In this document: piece by piece, positions 10,746 to 21,300 of the stretch
How the letters are laid out: each line of letters starts with the position of its first letter
How positions within the stretch are numbered: position 1 is the first letter of the stretch
Sequence record: MH595538.1
Direction: 5' to 3' (one strand)
Length of the DNA stretch: 64,000 bases
Notes under the pieces: generated by a model
What the model saw: only the letters and a program-made list of their open reading frames with translations
The model's database searches: none
What the model was told of the DNA's origin: nothing
Translations under genes and position numbers: made by a program

Positions 10746-11108
10746 ATGAAGCTCTACACGGTACAGTTAGCAAAATATCGTTTATGTGGTAAAGTCAATG
10801 CCGAGTTTTTAGATACGACCATAAAGACCGGCGTCTATGCCTTTGCCCCTAACTGGGATATGGTCCTGGCTCACAAAGCCGGGACTATGTCTGACGATGA
10901 GTACGTTGAGTTATTTAAGATCAGGATGATCGAAAGTCAAAAGACTTATCCTGAAATATGGTCAGCATTAGCTCACGTAGACACCTTAGCCATTGGCTGC
11001 TATTGCAAGGCAGGTAAGTTTTGTCATCGCCTGTTACTCATAGACTATTTTAAAACGTACTGTGAAGAGAATGAGATACCCTTCGAGTACATGGGAGAAT
11101 TAGAATGA
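10746..11108 (+). CDS. DUF488/YeaO-like protein
   Basis: FAPNWDMV...EYVELF...IGCYCKAGKFCHRLLL pattern typical of DUF488-like proteins. Confidence 0.55.
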   Translation: MKLYTVQLAKYRLCGKVNAEFLDTTIKTGVYAFAPNWDMVLAHKAGTMSDDEYVELFKIRMIESQKTYPEIWSALAHVDTLAIGCYCKAGKFCHRLLLIDYFKTYCEENEIPFEYMGELE

Positions 11109-11458
11109 CTGAAATAAATCCCCCGGCTAATCTGCTTGATCTCACACATCGGTTTCTTATGGAGCATTGTGACGGGGAAAATGCGAACAACTTTGTGAAT
11201 ACATTAAGAGGGACTCCTTATGACCTCTGTACTCAACAGGGACTGCAATCTTTTAACGTGTTATCATATAGCCAACAAGTTACATTTATCGTTGATTATT
11301 GGATAATGCAGTTCATAGAAGCAGGGCTTGCTTCTTCACCTGAATCTAGGCAGATGATCATTCAACGCGCATTAGGAGATTTCCAAACCTTCTTGCAAGT
11401 CATTCTGCCAGATATTGAAAGGTATGCTCTGCCAAGGCCAGTTCCTCAAGGAGCCTAA
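11105..11458 (+). CDS. Hypothetical protein
   Basis: 117 aa ORF with ATGA overlap to the previous gene. Confidence 0.55.
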   Translation: MTEINPPANLLDLTHRFLMEHCDGENANNFVNTLRGTPYDLCTQQGLQSFNVLSYSQQVTFIVDYWIMQFIEAGLASSPESRQMIIQRALGDFQTFLQVILPDIERYALPRPVPQGA

Positions 11459-11459
11459 A

Positions 11460-12125
11460 ATGAATACAAAGAAAGCCGTAGACTATCTCATTGGAATTGT
11501 GAAGCAATTACCTAACGGTGCACAAAATGCAAAGCTTTATACCGAGCTCTTTAAAGGCTTTAAGGAAGAAGACTTTAGAGCCTTAAAGAAAAGGTATGAG
11601 GAAGAGGACTTTGTCTTTCCTATCTTTGTCTACAATATGGACAAAGAAAAGATCGATGTCGATAAGGTCATGGAGATCGGTAAAAAGGAAGGCGTTAAGT
11701 TCTTCCAAAAGATCACCATTACGGATCCTCTTACTGGAGAGCCTTATCAGTCCCCAATAGAGTATCTGATTTTAGATCTGCCTGTCCGTAGACCAATTCA
11801 ACATCTAGTTAAGAAGATGTCAGTATCAGAAGGGCGCAGTGTTGATCACCTAGCAGGACAAGCAACAGGTGATACAAAAGCAGCGGGTATCTCTAAGACT
11901 GAATTGGTTCAGTTAGATGCACGTAACTTAGAATCTGGTCCTATCGAGTTCATTAAGGTAAGGGGCGGTGATGAAGCAGCGTATCGTCACATGCGTGAAC
12001 AGATAAAACAAACAGGTGGATTCAGCTTAGCTCCTATTATGGATCTAGGTACTAAACCCAAAGCTGTCGATACTCTAAAATCATTCTTGCTAGGTCGCAA
12101 CCTGAAACCAGAAGGATTAGGATAA
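11460..12125 (+). CDS. rpoB: Virion RNA polymerase beta subunit, C-terminal part (phiKZ gp149-like)
   Basis: QHLVKKMSV...DHLAGQATG...ISKTELVQL...EFIKVRGGD aligns with the RpoB C-terminal motifs (LHHLVDDK...TQQP...GEMEVWAL...EMLTVKSDD). Confidence 0.8.
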   Translation: MNTKKAVDYLIGIVKQLPNGAQNAKLYTELFKGFKEEDFRALKKRYEEEDFVFPIFVYNMDKEKIDVDKVMEIGKKEGVKFFQKITITDPLTGEPYQSPIEYLILDLPVRRPIQHLVKKMSVSEGRSVDHLAGQATGDTKAAGISKTELVQLDARNLESGPIEFIKVRGGDEAAYRHMREQIKQTGGFSLAPIMDLGTKPKAVDTLKSFLLGRNLKPEGLG

Positions 12126-12565
12126 TGCCCTTATTCGAAAAAGCACCTGAAGTTACCTACATCGATATCCGTGCTCGCATCAATGCAATGGGCGGTACTC
12201 CTTTTATCGCCCATCTCAATGCGGATATGCTTAAGGCACTCCAGGGGAAAATAAAAGAATACTCTATTAATGAACTACTTGCCAATCCTGAAGCTAGCAA
12301 TAGGCAAATAGGAGATCTAGAAAGCTGGCTAATTACTAACCGAATGCAGACTACTATGATGCGTATCTTAGATAAGATCATTGGAACGTGCATTAACACC
12401 CCGGCTGAGTATGATATCTTTATTTCAGGTCTTGCGACTAACGCACTAGCCTATGGTACGAAAGGCCATGCTAACGCAATGGAATATTACAGAACACATC
12501 CTGAGTTTATCGTTCTTCGTTTAATGGAAACTCTAGAGTTTAGCAGGAAGGTGAATAATGGCTAA
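12125..12565 (+). CDS. Conserved hypothetical protein
   Basis: 146 aa ORF, translationally coupled within the operon. Confidence 0.55.
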   Translation: MPLFEKAPEVTYIDIRARINAMGGTPFIAHLNADMLKALQGKIKEYSINELLANPEASNRQIGDLESWLITNRMQTTMMRILDKIIGTCINTPAEYDIFISGLATNALAYGTKGHANAMEYYRTHPEFIVLRLMETLEFSRKVNNG

Positions 12566-13256
12566 TCCACATACCTTTGTGGATATAGATTGCTTATTCG
12601 ATACACGCATTGCTATTTTAAGTGAACTGTATCCAGACTTGATTGCAGAGTTTATCAATTCAGATTGGTACCGAACCAGACTGAACGATGAGTTCTGGGA
12701 ATATGACGAAAGGATAGATAAAGACGCGTATCTAGAGCGATGGAATAATCGCAATACTGAGGTATTGTTTAATTCGGTTATGACTTCAGTCGTTACAGAG
12801 CTACGTAAACAAACAGCGGAATTAATAGGCCTCTTCTCTCAGATGGAAGAAGACAATCCTATTCATATCACCGTTAATTCATATCCCTATACACTCAGCG
12901 ATAACCTGAAAGAACTATTAACCCACCAGTTAGTGATGACTACGATGGCAGATGAAGTGACTATTCGAAGTTATCTGCCTGACATGGTAACTCCTGAGAT
13001 TGTCAGAGCCTATGGTACGTTCATTACTTACGACCTTGACCTGTGGTTAAATATTCATCATGAGGGATTGATCAAACATCCTTTGTTTGCAACTAAGTTT
13101 GCGGTGCCTTTGGTACTTAAACAGTTGCCTGAGAAACCCACTGATGTCCCTAAGATCATTGATGAAGTAAGATCGAAGTTTGCAGGCGTCATGGATTATC
13201 AGCCACAGCCCTTAGAGGTATTCTCCTTTGCATTCCCAGAAACAAAGAAAGAATAA
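12558..13256 (+). CDS. Hypothetical protein with HAD-like DxD start
   Basis: FVDIDCLFDTR resembles HAD motif I; coupled to the previous gene. Confidence 0.5.
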   Translation: MANPHTFVDIDCLFDTRIAILSELYPDLIAEFINSDWYRTRLNDEFWEYDERIDKDAYLERWNNRNTEVLFNSVMTSVVTELRKQTAELIGLFSQMEEDNPIHITVNSYPYTLSDNLKELLTHQLVMTTMADEVTIRSYLPDMVTPEIVRAYGTFITYDLDLWLNIHHEGLIKHPLFATKFAVPLVLKQLPEKPTDVPKIIDEVRSKFAGVMDYQPQPLEVFSFAFPETKKE

Positions 13257-13262
13257 AAATAC

Positions 13263-13285
13263 TACTCCTCCCGTTGGGAGGAGTA
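13263..13285. terminator. Bidirectional terminator hairpin
   Basis: TACTCCTCCC-GTT-GGGAGGAGTA between convergent genes. Confidence 0.7.
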
Positions 13286-13293
13286 AGTGTAAT

Positions 13294-13764
13294 TTATGCA
13301 TTAGGCAGGTCATCAATGTCGTCATTAAGCATGCGCTCTACGCCTTCTTGGCCAATAACATCCTCAATAGCAGGAGAACCCACGCCTACGGTCATGTTGC
13401 CATCAGAGATCACTTCTGCCGGTGCGATTGACTGAGTTAACTGCGGAGGAGGTGGAGTAACATCCACTGTTGCACCGCCGGGCTGCTGAACAAAAGGATT
13501 TGCTGAAGGAATAGCGATTGCTTCGATAAGCGTTTGCTTAAGCTGCTTATCAGCTTCTGCTGCATTTTCATCTACTGTGATACGCATTTGACCCAACGCA
13601 GTACGATCCGCGTTAGCCATGATTCTTTCCAGTTCTTTATCATGAGGATTATTACCCAGAATTGCTTCCATTCTTTTAGCCTGAGTGACGTTAAGTACGG
13701 CAAGCGGGGAGACATCAATCCCTACTGGTGCTGCTTCGTCTGGTACATTAGTTTCGTCTGCCAT
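13294..13764 (-). CDS. Hypothetical acidic/Pro-rich protein
   Basis: 156 aa ORF with GAGG RBS. Confidence 0.55.
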   Translation of the reverse strand: MADETNVPDEAAPVGIDVSPLAVLNVTQAKRMEAILGNNPHDKELERIMANADRTALGQMRITVDENAAEADKQLKQTLIEAIAIPSANPFVQQPGGATVDVTPPPPQLTQSIAPAEVISDGNMTVGVGSPAIEDVIGQEGVERMLNDDIDDLPNA

Positions 13765-13784
13765 GACTTCAACCTCTTTTTATA

Positions 13785-13802
13785 TCTATATCACCATAGT
13801 GA
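13785..13802 (+). promoter_or_regulatory. Putative phage early promoter motif, copy 1
   Basis: TCTATATCACCATAGTGA; near-identical copies at 34353, 49077, 54948 and 60177, all upstream of + strand gene clusters. Confidence 0.7.
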
Positions 13803-13877
13803 CTTTAAACTTAAAGCCTTATGGCTCTCTACGGGATTAGTCTCTTTGAGGCCTTTAAATACAAGGAGATCAATAAT

Positions 13878-14393
13878 ATGAGTAAAAAATATCCAGTGCG
13901 AAAAGCTGGATTTATTAAGAAATTACATTTAGATTTCATAATATGGGATTTTTTAAGATCTTATAAAAACCAGATTGGAGACAATCTAGAACTGATGTTA
14001 GACGCTACAAATATTATTGCAGCGTGCATCAATTATCGCATCGATCTTCGATGTACCGTAGGTGTAAAAGGAGAGTTTTTTACAGCGAGCTTAAGGGACT
14101 ACATTAGTCACCTGAAGATGCTGAATAATACTATGATTCAAACCTCAGATATTTTCAGTTGGGATAAGAATCGATCACAAAAGATAGAACTATTCAAATG
14201 GTACACAGTTAACTCACAAGAGTGTCCCGCTCATGAACAACTGCTCATCGAAGTCAACGAGCAATTACAAATATTTCAAGACCTAGTCATTCAAGATAAG
14301 CAACACTGGAACGATGTTGGCGCATATAACTCATTAATGTATATCGCTAACGATACAAGTGAACTTATTAAACTTCTAGATAGGGCTTTATAA
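13878..14393 (+). CDS. Hypothetical protein (probable early gene)
   Basis: AAGGAG RBS before the ATG at 13878; downstream of the promoter motif. Confidence 0.6.
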   Translation: MSKKYPVRKAGFIKKLHLDFIIWDFLRSYKNQIGDNLELMLDATNIIAACINYRIDLRCTVGVKGEFFTASLRDYISHLKMLNNTMIQTSDIFSWDKNRSQKIELFKWYTVNSQECPAHEQLLIEVNEQLQIFQDLVIQDKQHWNDVGAYNSLMYIANDTSELIKLLDRAL

Positions 14394-14434
14394 GCTAAAA
14401 CCTCTATTTAGAAACTGAATGAAAGGGAAGTGGA

Positions 14435-15088
14435 ATGTCTATTGCATTATATGCGTTGATGAAAGGAGATTTATACCAGCTCCAAGCCAACTGTATGGTG
14501 GCTAAACTATGGCGAACGATTTTGTATGATTTAAACGTTAGCCCATCTATATGGGAAGAACGACTTAGAGACTACATTGAGAAAGCCGAAGGTATAATAG
14601 GCAAGACAGAAGCTGATCGTTTAAAAGGGAACATACCCAAGTCTCTGATTAACGATCACGTGTCCTTTCAGGCACTATGTCGCGCGGTTACGATATTGCG
14701 CTTTAAGCGCGTTATCTTCACAGTACATACATTCCGAGGAGAAGAACATAAACATAACTCGATTGTCATACCTGAAACCTATGATGGAAAGTCCGGAGGT
14801 TTATACCTGAAGACTCTATGGGTTCTGATCACTCAGGCCTACCCTGAAGTGACAGCTAATTGGTCAGAGTATGTCAAAACATATAAAGAACGAGTAAACA
14901 AAGAGTATGGAGGAGGGGCGGTTAACCTAGGCGGCAATATCACTTCTACTCTTAACAAAGACCGCATTACATGGAAGAACTTCTATGATGGTCTTATGAT
15001 ACATGGTTTTGACAAGATTGCCATCGAAGTTACCTTAGAACGAAGCGCAGGCTTACCGCCTAAGAAGATCGGCATTACTGCATCATGA
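14435..15088 (+). CDS. Hypothetical protein with internal duplication
   Basis: Two similar halves (KLWRTIL...ISF..LCRAV versus LKTLWVLI...ITWKNFYDGL). Confidence 0.6.
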   Translation: MSIALYALMKGDLYQLQANCMVAKLWRTILYDLNVSPSIWEERLRDYIEKAEGIIGKTEADRLKGNIPKSLINDHVSFQALCRAVTILRFKRVIFTVHTFRGEEHKHNSIVIPETYDGKSGGLYLKTLWVLITQAYPEVTANWSEYVKTYKERVNKEYGGGAVNLGGNITSTLNKDRITWKNFYDGLMIHGFDKIAIEVTLERSAGLPPKKIGITAS

Positions 15089-15091
15089 AAT

Positions 15092-15113
15092 TGACTGCCC
15101 TTCGGGGCAGTCA
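15092..15113 (+). terminator. Intrinsic terminator hairpin
   Basis: TGACTGCCC-TTCG-GGGCAGTCA followed by a T-rich tract. Confidence 0.75.
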
Positions 15114-15172
15114 TTTATATTCTTTTTTTTTCTTTTTGTTTGAATCCATTAGAAAGAATAGGAGCATACACT

Positions 15173-16237
15173 ATGTCTGAGGTAGACCTAACTAAAACCA
15201 CCTTTGGTAATTTACCTACTGAAGGTTTAGAAACAATAGATGCATACAGCTCATCTGGGATAGACAGCTTCCTGACCAACCCTTTAGAAGGACTCGCTAA
15301 TAGTTCTTTACTCAGTGATTTATTCCCTGATTTAAAAGCAGATAAAATTGCTGATATGTTAAAGGATGTCTATACGAATGAGTTTCTTGCTGTTCAAGGG
15401 ATGTCCTTTTCCGATCTTGTCAAAGCTGTAAAGAATGCACTGCCTCCAGGTGTTAACCTATACGACCTTGTTACTGAAATGAGGTTACCGGATATTCTAA
15501 GTTTTGCTGATGGACTTAGAGAAAGTTTATCTGTCGATAAATGGCGGGCGCTAGATAGTAACTTCTTCTTAAACATTTATAAGAGTTACAACAAGTTCAT
15601 TGATCGCTGGAGCGAAGGCGGAGATTGGCCACAATATTTAAAAGGTGCCGCTATCGCTGAAATGAACGACATGCTTACAGGCACAGGCTTCACTGTCGAT
15701 ATCCTTATGGACGCAGCATATAAGTTCGGCGTTGTTGATTACCTGATGGAAAATGGCATTGCTGAGAACTTCATTGAGTTTATAGATGATGCAAACTTAC
15801 CTGATGAACTTAAGCAAATGATCTACAGTGACCTTGTAGCTATAGCTGCTAAAACAGGATACAGCCAGTACATCAATGATCTGATTAATCTTGCTCAAAA
15901 GGAATACAAGCCTTGGCAATCGACTCCTACGTTAAGAAGTCTTTTACAGGGTTATCGTAAGCCTAGAGGATATAATTTATCCAAAGCGACTACGGAAGCC
16001 GCTACATTAGTAGATACAACTATTGCACTTGTCCCTGACTGGTATCTCTATGACCGAAACAGTACAAGTCAAGCTAGCACGCAATACATGAATTACGCTA
16101 GTGAAGACGCACTAGATATTCTGCGCTACGATGAACGCACTAGAGTAATGGCCGCTACCTATTATACATGGCGTCAAGAAATTGAGCCGTGGCAATCTAG
16201 AGCTGTTCGTGATTTTCCGTTTATGAATTTGACATAA
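15173..16237 (+). CDS. Probable virion structural protein
   Basis: GGAG RBS; adjacent to the gp182/gp181-like tail genes. Confidence 0.5.
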   Translation: MSEVDLTKTTFGNLPTEGLETIDAYSSSGIDSFLTNPLEGLANSSLLSDLFPDLKADKIADMLKDVYTNEFLAVQGMSFSDLVKAVKNALPPGVNLYDLVTEMRLPDILSFADGLRESLSVDKWRALDSNFFLNIYKSYNKFIDRWSEGGDWPQYLKGAAIAEMNDMLTGTGFTVDILMDAAYKFGVVDYLMENGIAENFIEFIDDANLPDELKQMIYSDLVAIAAKTGYSQYINDLINLAQKEYKPWQSTPTLRSLLQGYRKPRGYNLSKATTEAATLVDTTIALVPDWYLYDRNSTSQASTQYMNYASEDALDILRYDERTRVMAATYYTWRQEIEPWQSRAVRDFPFMNLT

Positions 16238-16242
16238 ATATA

Positions 16243-16269
16243 TTTACCCTCCCCGTTGGGGAGGGTAAA
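16243..16269. terminator. Bidirectional terminator hairpin
   Basis: TTTACCCTCCCC-GTT-GGGGAGGGTAAA between convergent genes. Confidence 0.7.
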
Positions 16270-18384
16270 TTAAATATCGCCTACTTTCTGCATAGCTGAG
16301 ATCAATTGACCAATGCCGGTAGCAGCCGCTTCTTGCATCCAGTAAGAAGGACTCGTAAATGAGGCCCAGTTAGCTTGTTGTGTATTCCATGCTCTAGCGA
16401 CTCGATTTGCCATATAGTACTGATCTTGCAATGGCGTTGAAGCCAATGTAGTCAAGAAGTCAGTTAATGGCGTATCTTCATCGAAAGGAGAGAAAGACAT
16501 GACACTGTCAGCCAATGAGTCCATGATTGGAATTGACATTGTATCATCCAAAGAACTAATTGTGATGCTAACATCAATTGCAGTCGGCAGCTTCTCTGGA
16601 GTACGACCAATGTTAGACGTCCCTATTTCCATGCTGAGATCCGTTACAATCCCTAACTTCGTATCTTGAATGCCCTGCGAGTGAGCATGTACCAAGAAAG
16701 GAGGACCATAGGAATTCTTACCTGTTGAACGAGGGAAAGCCAAGGCCATGATCATACACAGAGGCATGTAAATCCTCGTTAAGATACTAAAGCGGTTTCC
16801 ATACGGAGTCGCTAAACGGATCTTGTATGTATGACTAGGCAGAGTTACTGAGGAGTCATCATAGACATTGGGGATTTGTGCTTTAGCAAGACCCAATAAT
16901 GAACCAGTGATACCTAAGCCTACCGAGTCGGCATTGCCTGCAATAAAGTCTCTTACTGTCCCTAGCATTGATTCAGCGGCATTAGTAAAGATATTATCCC
17001 CTACGTTACCGCCTGCGGTGTTAACTCTCAAGTCAGAAGCAGCAGAAGATGCGCCATTGAGCGCTGATTTAATAGCCGCTTCTTTAACAGAGTTAGAGAC
17101 CGATACTGTCGTTGGGCCAGTATACTCTACATCAAAAGTCGAAAACAACGAACCTTCTCTCAATTCTGCCAAAAGATAATTACCTAAGGTATCATCAGTT
17201 GGCTGTTTAGAAACAAAGTCACGGGTCGTATTGTTTGTCGAGTTGGCATTAGCAGCATCAGTGGCTTCCAGTCCTAAACTACGGCCTTGGTTATCAACAC
17301 CTTGAGCCACATTCTCAGCTGGTAAGTCAGAGAATCGATAAATACCACTCTGGCTATAAGCTTCCATGTAGCTAGGCATATCCAAGAACTCAGGTTCAAT
17401 ACCTGGAGAGTTTTCATTAGGTGTTATCTGACCAGAGTTCTGCAAGGCTCTTAACTGAGTGATCAAATCTTCAGTAGGATCCAGTGCATTGGGATCAATG
17501 TTTTGAATGAGATAATCTATCCTGCTCTCAAATAGGTTTGCCATGCGCTGTGCGCGACTAGAAACCGATTTAACATCAATAATGAACTCTGAGTCACCTG
17601 TATCACCAACAGGCCTTAGAACGTCAGGGAAGCGCGATGCGATAACACCGAGATTACTCTTAGCATCTTCTTTTACGCGCACCTCATCTTCGCCTATGAC
17701 CAGGTCTGCCGGAGTAACCCCTCTAAGGGCACCCATATCTACAGCAAGCTTATTGAAAAGCAATGATACTGAGTTCCAATAGTTAGTTGACTGCGGCTTT
17801 AGATAATAGTATTTCGAATAAGGGACATTCGAAATAAACTTAATTACCCTGTTAACAAACGATGCAATCCCGAATACAGCCTGGAATGGCAGCGTGAATA
17901 AAAAGCCCGTTGCATAACCTGCTTTATAAGCTAATGGCAATCGTCCCTTGTTAACCATCATTGCATGATCTAAATCGATGAAGTTGATAAAGTATCTTGA
18001 AAGAGGGTTATACTCGGGTATTCCAGCACAACAAGATAGTCTTTGCTGATTCTGGAAAATGGCTTCTTTATAATAACGACCCATACCTGCCGACTTAGAG
18101 ATAATCGGGATGTCTTTAGGATCCGCATATCTCGTATATTGAGGAGGAGGGTTAATGGACTTATTCCCTCCCAGGGTCGTATCATAAAAGTTAAAACTAT
18201 TGCGCAGTGATCTAGGACCATATGCCTGGTTTCCCGCACCGCCTAAACGACGACTAGCAGTAATCCCAGACAGGCCTTGTTTAGGTTTAAAGAAAGCCTG
18301 GTTGATCCAGTTACTTTCTTTAACCTCTAGATCATCTACGGCATCCCGACTAGCATTACTAGTGGGTCCGAATAATGAACTCAT
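16270..18384 (-). CDS. Tail/baseplate structural protein (phiKZ gp182-like)
   Basis: 704 aa, directly downstream of the tape-measure/lysin gene. Its C-terminal region (YGPPFLV...GIVTDLSMEIG...PTAIDVSITI) resembles tube-initiator folds. Confidence 0.6.
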   Translation of the reverse strand: MSSLFGPTSNASRDAVDDLEVKESNWINQAFFKPKQGLSGITASRRLGGAGNQAYGPRSLRNSFNFYDTTLGGNKSINPPPQYTRYADPKDIPIISKSAGMGRYYKEAIFQNQQRLSCCAGIPEYNPLSRYFINFIDLDHAMMVNKGRLPLAYKAGYATGFLFTLPFQAVFGIASFVNRVIKFISNVPYSKYYYLKPQSTNYWNSVSLLFNKLAVDMGALRGVTPADLVIGEDEVRVKEDAKSNLGVIASRFPDVLRPVGDTGDSEFIIDVKSVSSRAQRMANLFESRIDYLIQNIDPNALDPTEDLITQLRALQNSGQITPNENSPGIEPEFLDMPSYMEAYSQSGIYRFSDLPAENVAQGVDNQGRSLGLEATDAANANSTNNTTRDFVSKQPTDDTLGNYLLAELREGSLFSTFDVEYTGPTTVSVSNSVKEAAIKSALNGASSAASDLRVNTAGGNVGDNIFTNAAESMLGTVRDFIAGNADSVGLGITGSLLGLAKAQIPNVYDDSSVTLPSHTYKIRLATPYGNRFSILTRIYMPLCMIMALAFPRSTGKNSYGPPFLVHAHSQGIQDTKLGIVTDLSMEIGTSNIGRTPEKLPTAIDVSITISSLDDTMSIPIMDSLADSVMSFSPFDEDTPLTDFLTTLASTPLQDQYYMANRVARAWNTQQANWASFTSPSYWMQEAAATGIGQLISAMQKVGDI

Positions 18385-18392
18385 TCTTACCT

Positions 18393-21300
18393 CTATTGAC
18401 TTAAATCAATGGTTGGCGTAACCGTTGGCGGAGTACGTCTTTGAGTACTCTGGCTTGGAGTCTGTGCTTGAGTAGTATTGCCAGAATCAGTATTCTCGGC
18501 AATCTCAATAAGTCTATCCAAACGAGAGATCATTTCCTTACGCTGCTCAAACGCGGCACTGCCTTGCTTAGACATATCCATCATGATCTTACGGAAGTCT
18601 TTATCCATAGACATTCTTGCCTGAACTTCTCTACGTTCCTCAGACTTGGTCTTTGGTTTGTCGAGAGTTAACTTAGGACGCTCTTGCTTCTTAGGTACGG
18701 TCTGTTTAGGGGCTGCGGTTGACTGAATAGTATCCTCGCCTTCAATAGTTTCATCCAGAGAAGGCGGCTTCTTATTCTCAGTCTTAGCTGCTTTTTCTTG
18801 CTCTTTAACTTGCTTATCTATTTTTCCAGAAGCAATTAGTTTAAGAGGATTAACCGTTTCTGAGTCCCATGCTGCGGTCTTACGAATTTCAAAGTGTAAG
18901 TGCACGCCAGTGGAAACTCCAGTGTTGCCCATGAAGCCAATAAGCTGACCTTGCTTAACAACCGTGTCGTTATGAATACCAGGAGCAAAGTTACTCAAGT
19001 GCGCATAGCGTGTGGCCATGCCATTTTCATGACGGATGTAAATCACGTTGCCGTAAGTACTAGAATATTCACGACGATAGATCTTACCTGCCGCAGCAGC
19101 GTAAATAGGATCTCCTCGCTCGCCATCCCAGTCAACACCCTTGTGATAATGCACCTTACCTGTCTTAGGATGCACTCGTCTTCCATACGGCGAGGTAACA
19201 ACTGCTGTTTCTAGAACAGGCAATATAAACTTCACGCCTTTAAGGGAAGGAGCGTCAGCCTTGAGAACAACCGGACTAATTGCCGCTACTTTCTTAGATG
19301 CCGCGTTAGGATCCAGTGTGCGATAAGCAAAGTTAGTCTGCGTAGAATTTCGAGTTGCTCTGTTAGCTGACCTTAGTGCATACTCAGACACTTCCGGCTT
19401 CTTACGCTCTAGTTTCATCGCTTCATTCATCACCTGCATTTCTTTAGATGATTCAGACTTGCGGCTACCAGAAGCAACAGCCTTCAGGTCTTCATGATAA
19501 GCAATAATGTCATCTCGAGTTGCAAAAGGAGTCTGTCCAGGAATAGGGAATTGTCTTACCTGTAATGGATCGCCTTTACGAGGGTCAGGTATTACCTTGC
19601 TTAGATATGATGATCTTTGAGTCTTATCGGTAAGTTCATCATCAATGTCTGTTAAGTCAACATCAACATTCATTACCTTTAATACGCCCAAGTGAGTCAT
19701 TAGAACAGGAACAAAACGTTTAGAGAACCAAACAGCCCAGTTCATGCCTTCTGCTTCACTATTCATATCAACGCCCCATGACTCGGCATATTCTTCATAC
19801 GCCTCACGAGGAGTCATTTTAAGCATAGGTTTAGTGCCCGTGTAAATAACCTCGTCAATGATCTCGGACTCTAATTCCCTGATGGCAACCAAGTGATCTT
19901 CTCTATCTGGATTTAAGCCATACTGCATGAAACGCAAGCGCTCTAGCGGTTCGGCTTCGGATCTAGCTGAGAAGTACTGATATGCTTTATAGCCGCCATA
20001 TGCTAAAGCAGCGGTAGCGATAACAGGACCAGCGACACCGGTAGTTACAGCACCGAGTACAGCAGCTCCGCCTCTAAGCAGCATTGCACCCGCACCGCCT
20101 GTAACTGCCAGGGCAGTACGTCCGACGGATAGTGCACCACGACCCAGTTTGCCAGCCAATGAACCTAAGCCACTAGCAGCACGACCAAGCCTACCCAAAC
20201 GCCCTCTTCCTCGACTACGGCCTCGGCCACGACGGTCTCCAGACATATCACCGGCGGCATCTGCAATATCAGAAGCAGCATCAGCACCTTTAGAAATACC
20301 AAGAGCTGTCAGTAAGGTTGTTCCAAGTGCACCGAGAGCTGAAACAATGCCAGGACCAATCGCACCGACTAGTCCGAACAATCTACCCCAGATACCTTCG
20401 CCCTTGTCTACCTGTTCTTTAACCTGCTTTTCTTCCGCTTTGGCTTTTTGTTTGCGTCTCGCCATCATTTCTTCAAGCGAGTTATCACGCATACCATCTC
20501 CATCCCGATCACTAGCATTGTCGTCATTGTCCTCATCAGCCAGTTTGGCGTGTGCACCTGGACCAAGTAACTCTGACAATCCTTCGCCGTCTAATGGCCA
20601 TACAGTTGACATATGATCATAGATCTTAGCCAATATGGTCACAGCGGTAATTTCACCATCTCTCAGTTGTTCATCAAGAGGGTTGCCATTAGCTCGACTT
20701 CTTAACAATGCGTTATCAGCGGCTTCAGATACCGCTTCTTTACCACGCTTAAATAATCCGCCTATGCTGCTAAACGCAGAACCTGCCATGTCCTTTGCGC
20801 GACCAGCGATGTTTTTAGCAAAGCCGATAACAGACGACGCCTTGTCTTTGATATATCCGAGTGTTCTAAAGTTTCCTACTGGAACGCCACGAATGTCAAC
20901 AATGCCTCGCTGAATATCATCCAGGCTAAGTACGACATTACCAGCCTGATCCATAATTGGACCGTCGATATCTAACGGAGAATAGATCACCTGTTCTGAA
21001 GCAACAGAGACATAGCCTCCATTGTCCATGACAATAGCTTTAAGTCGAGGGTACTCTTCACCTTCTACATAGACATCAAAAGAACCACGGCGAATATTCT
21101 TTATTGCTTTTATTGCGCGATCTTTTAAACCGCCCAGCGCAGAGAACATATTGCCATAGAATCCAGTCAAGGCATTAAGAGGTTTCTTAGCAAGATTCAT
21201 CAGACCGCTAAGATCATAGTCGTCTTTGCTAAACAAACCCGTCCTGATCTGCTTCATGCTGATCTTGACATTACCGAACTTATCGATGACAGGACCAGTG

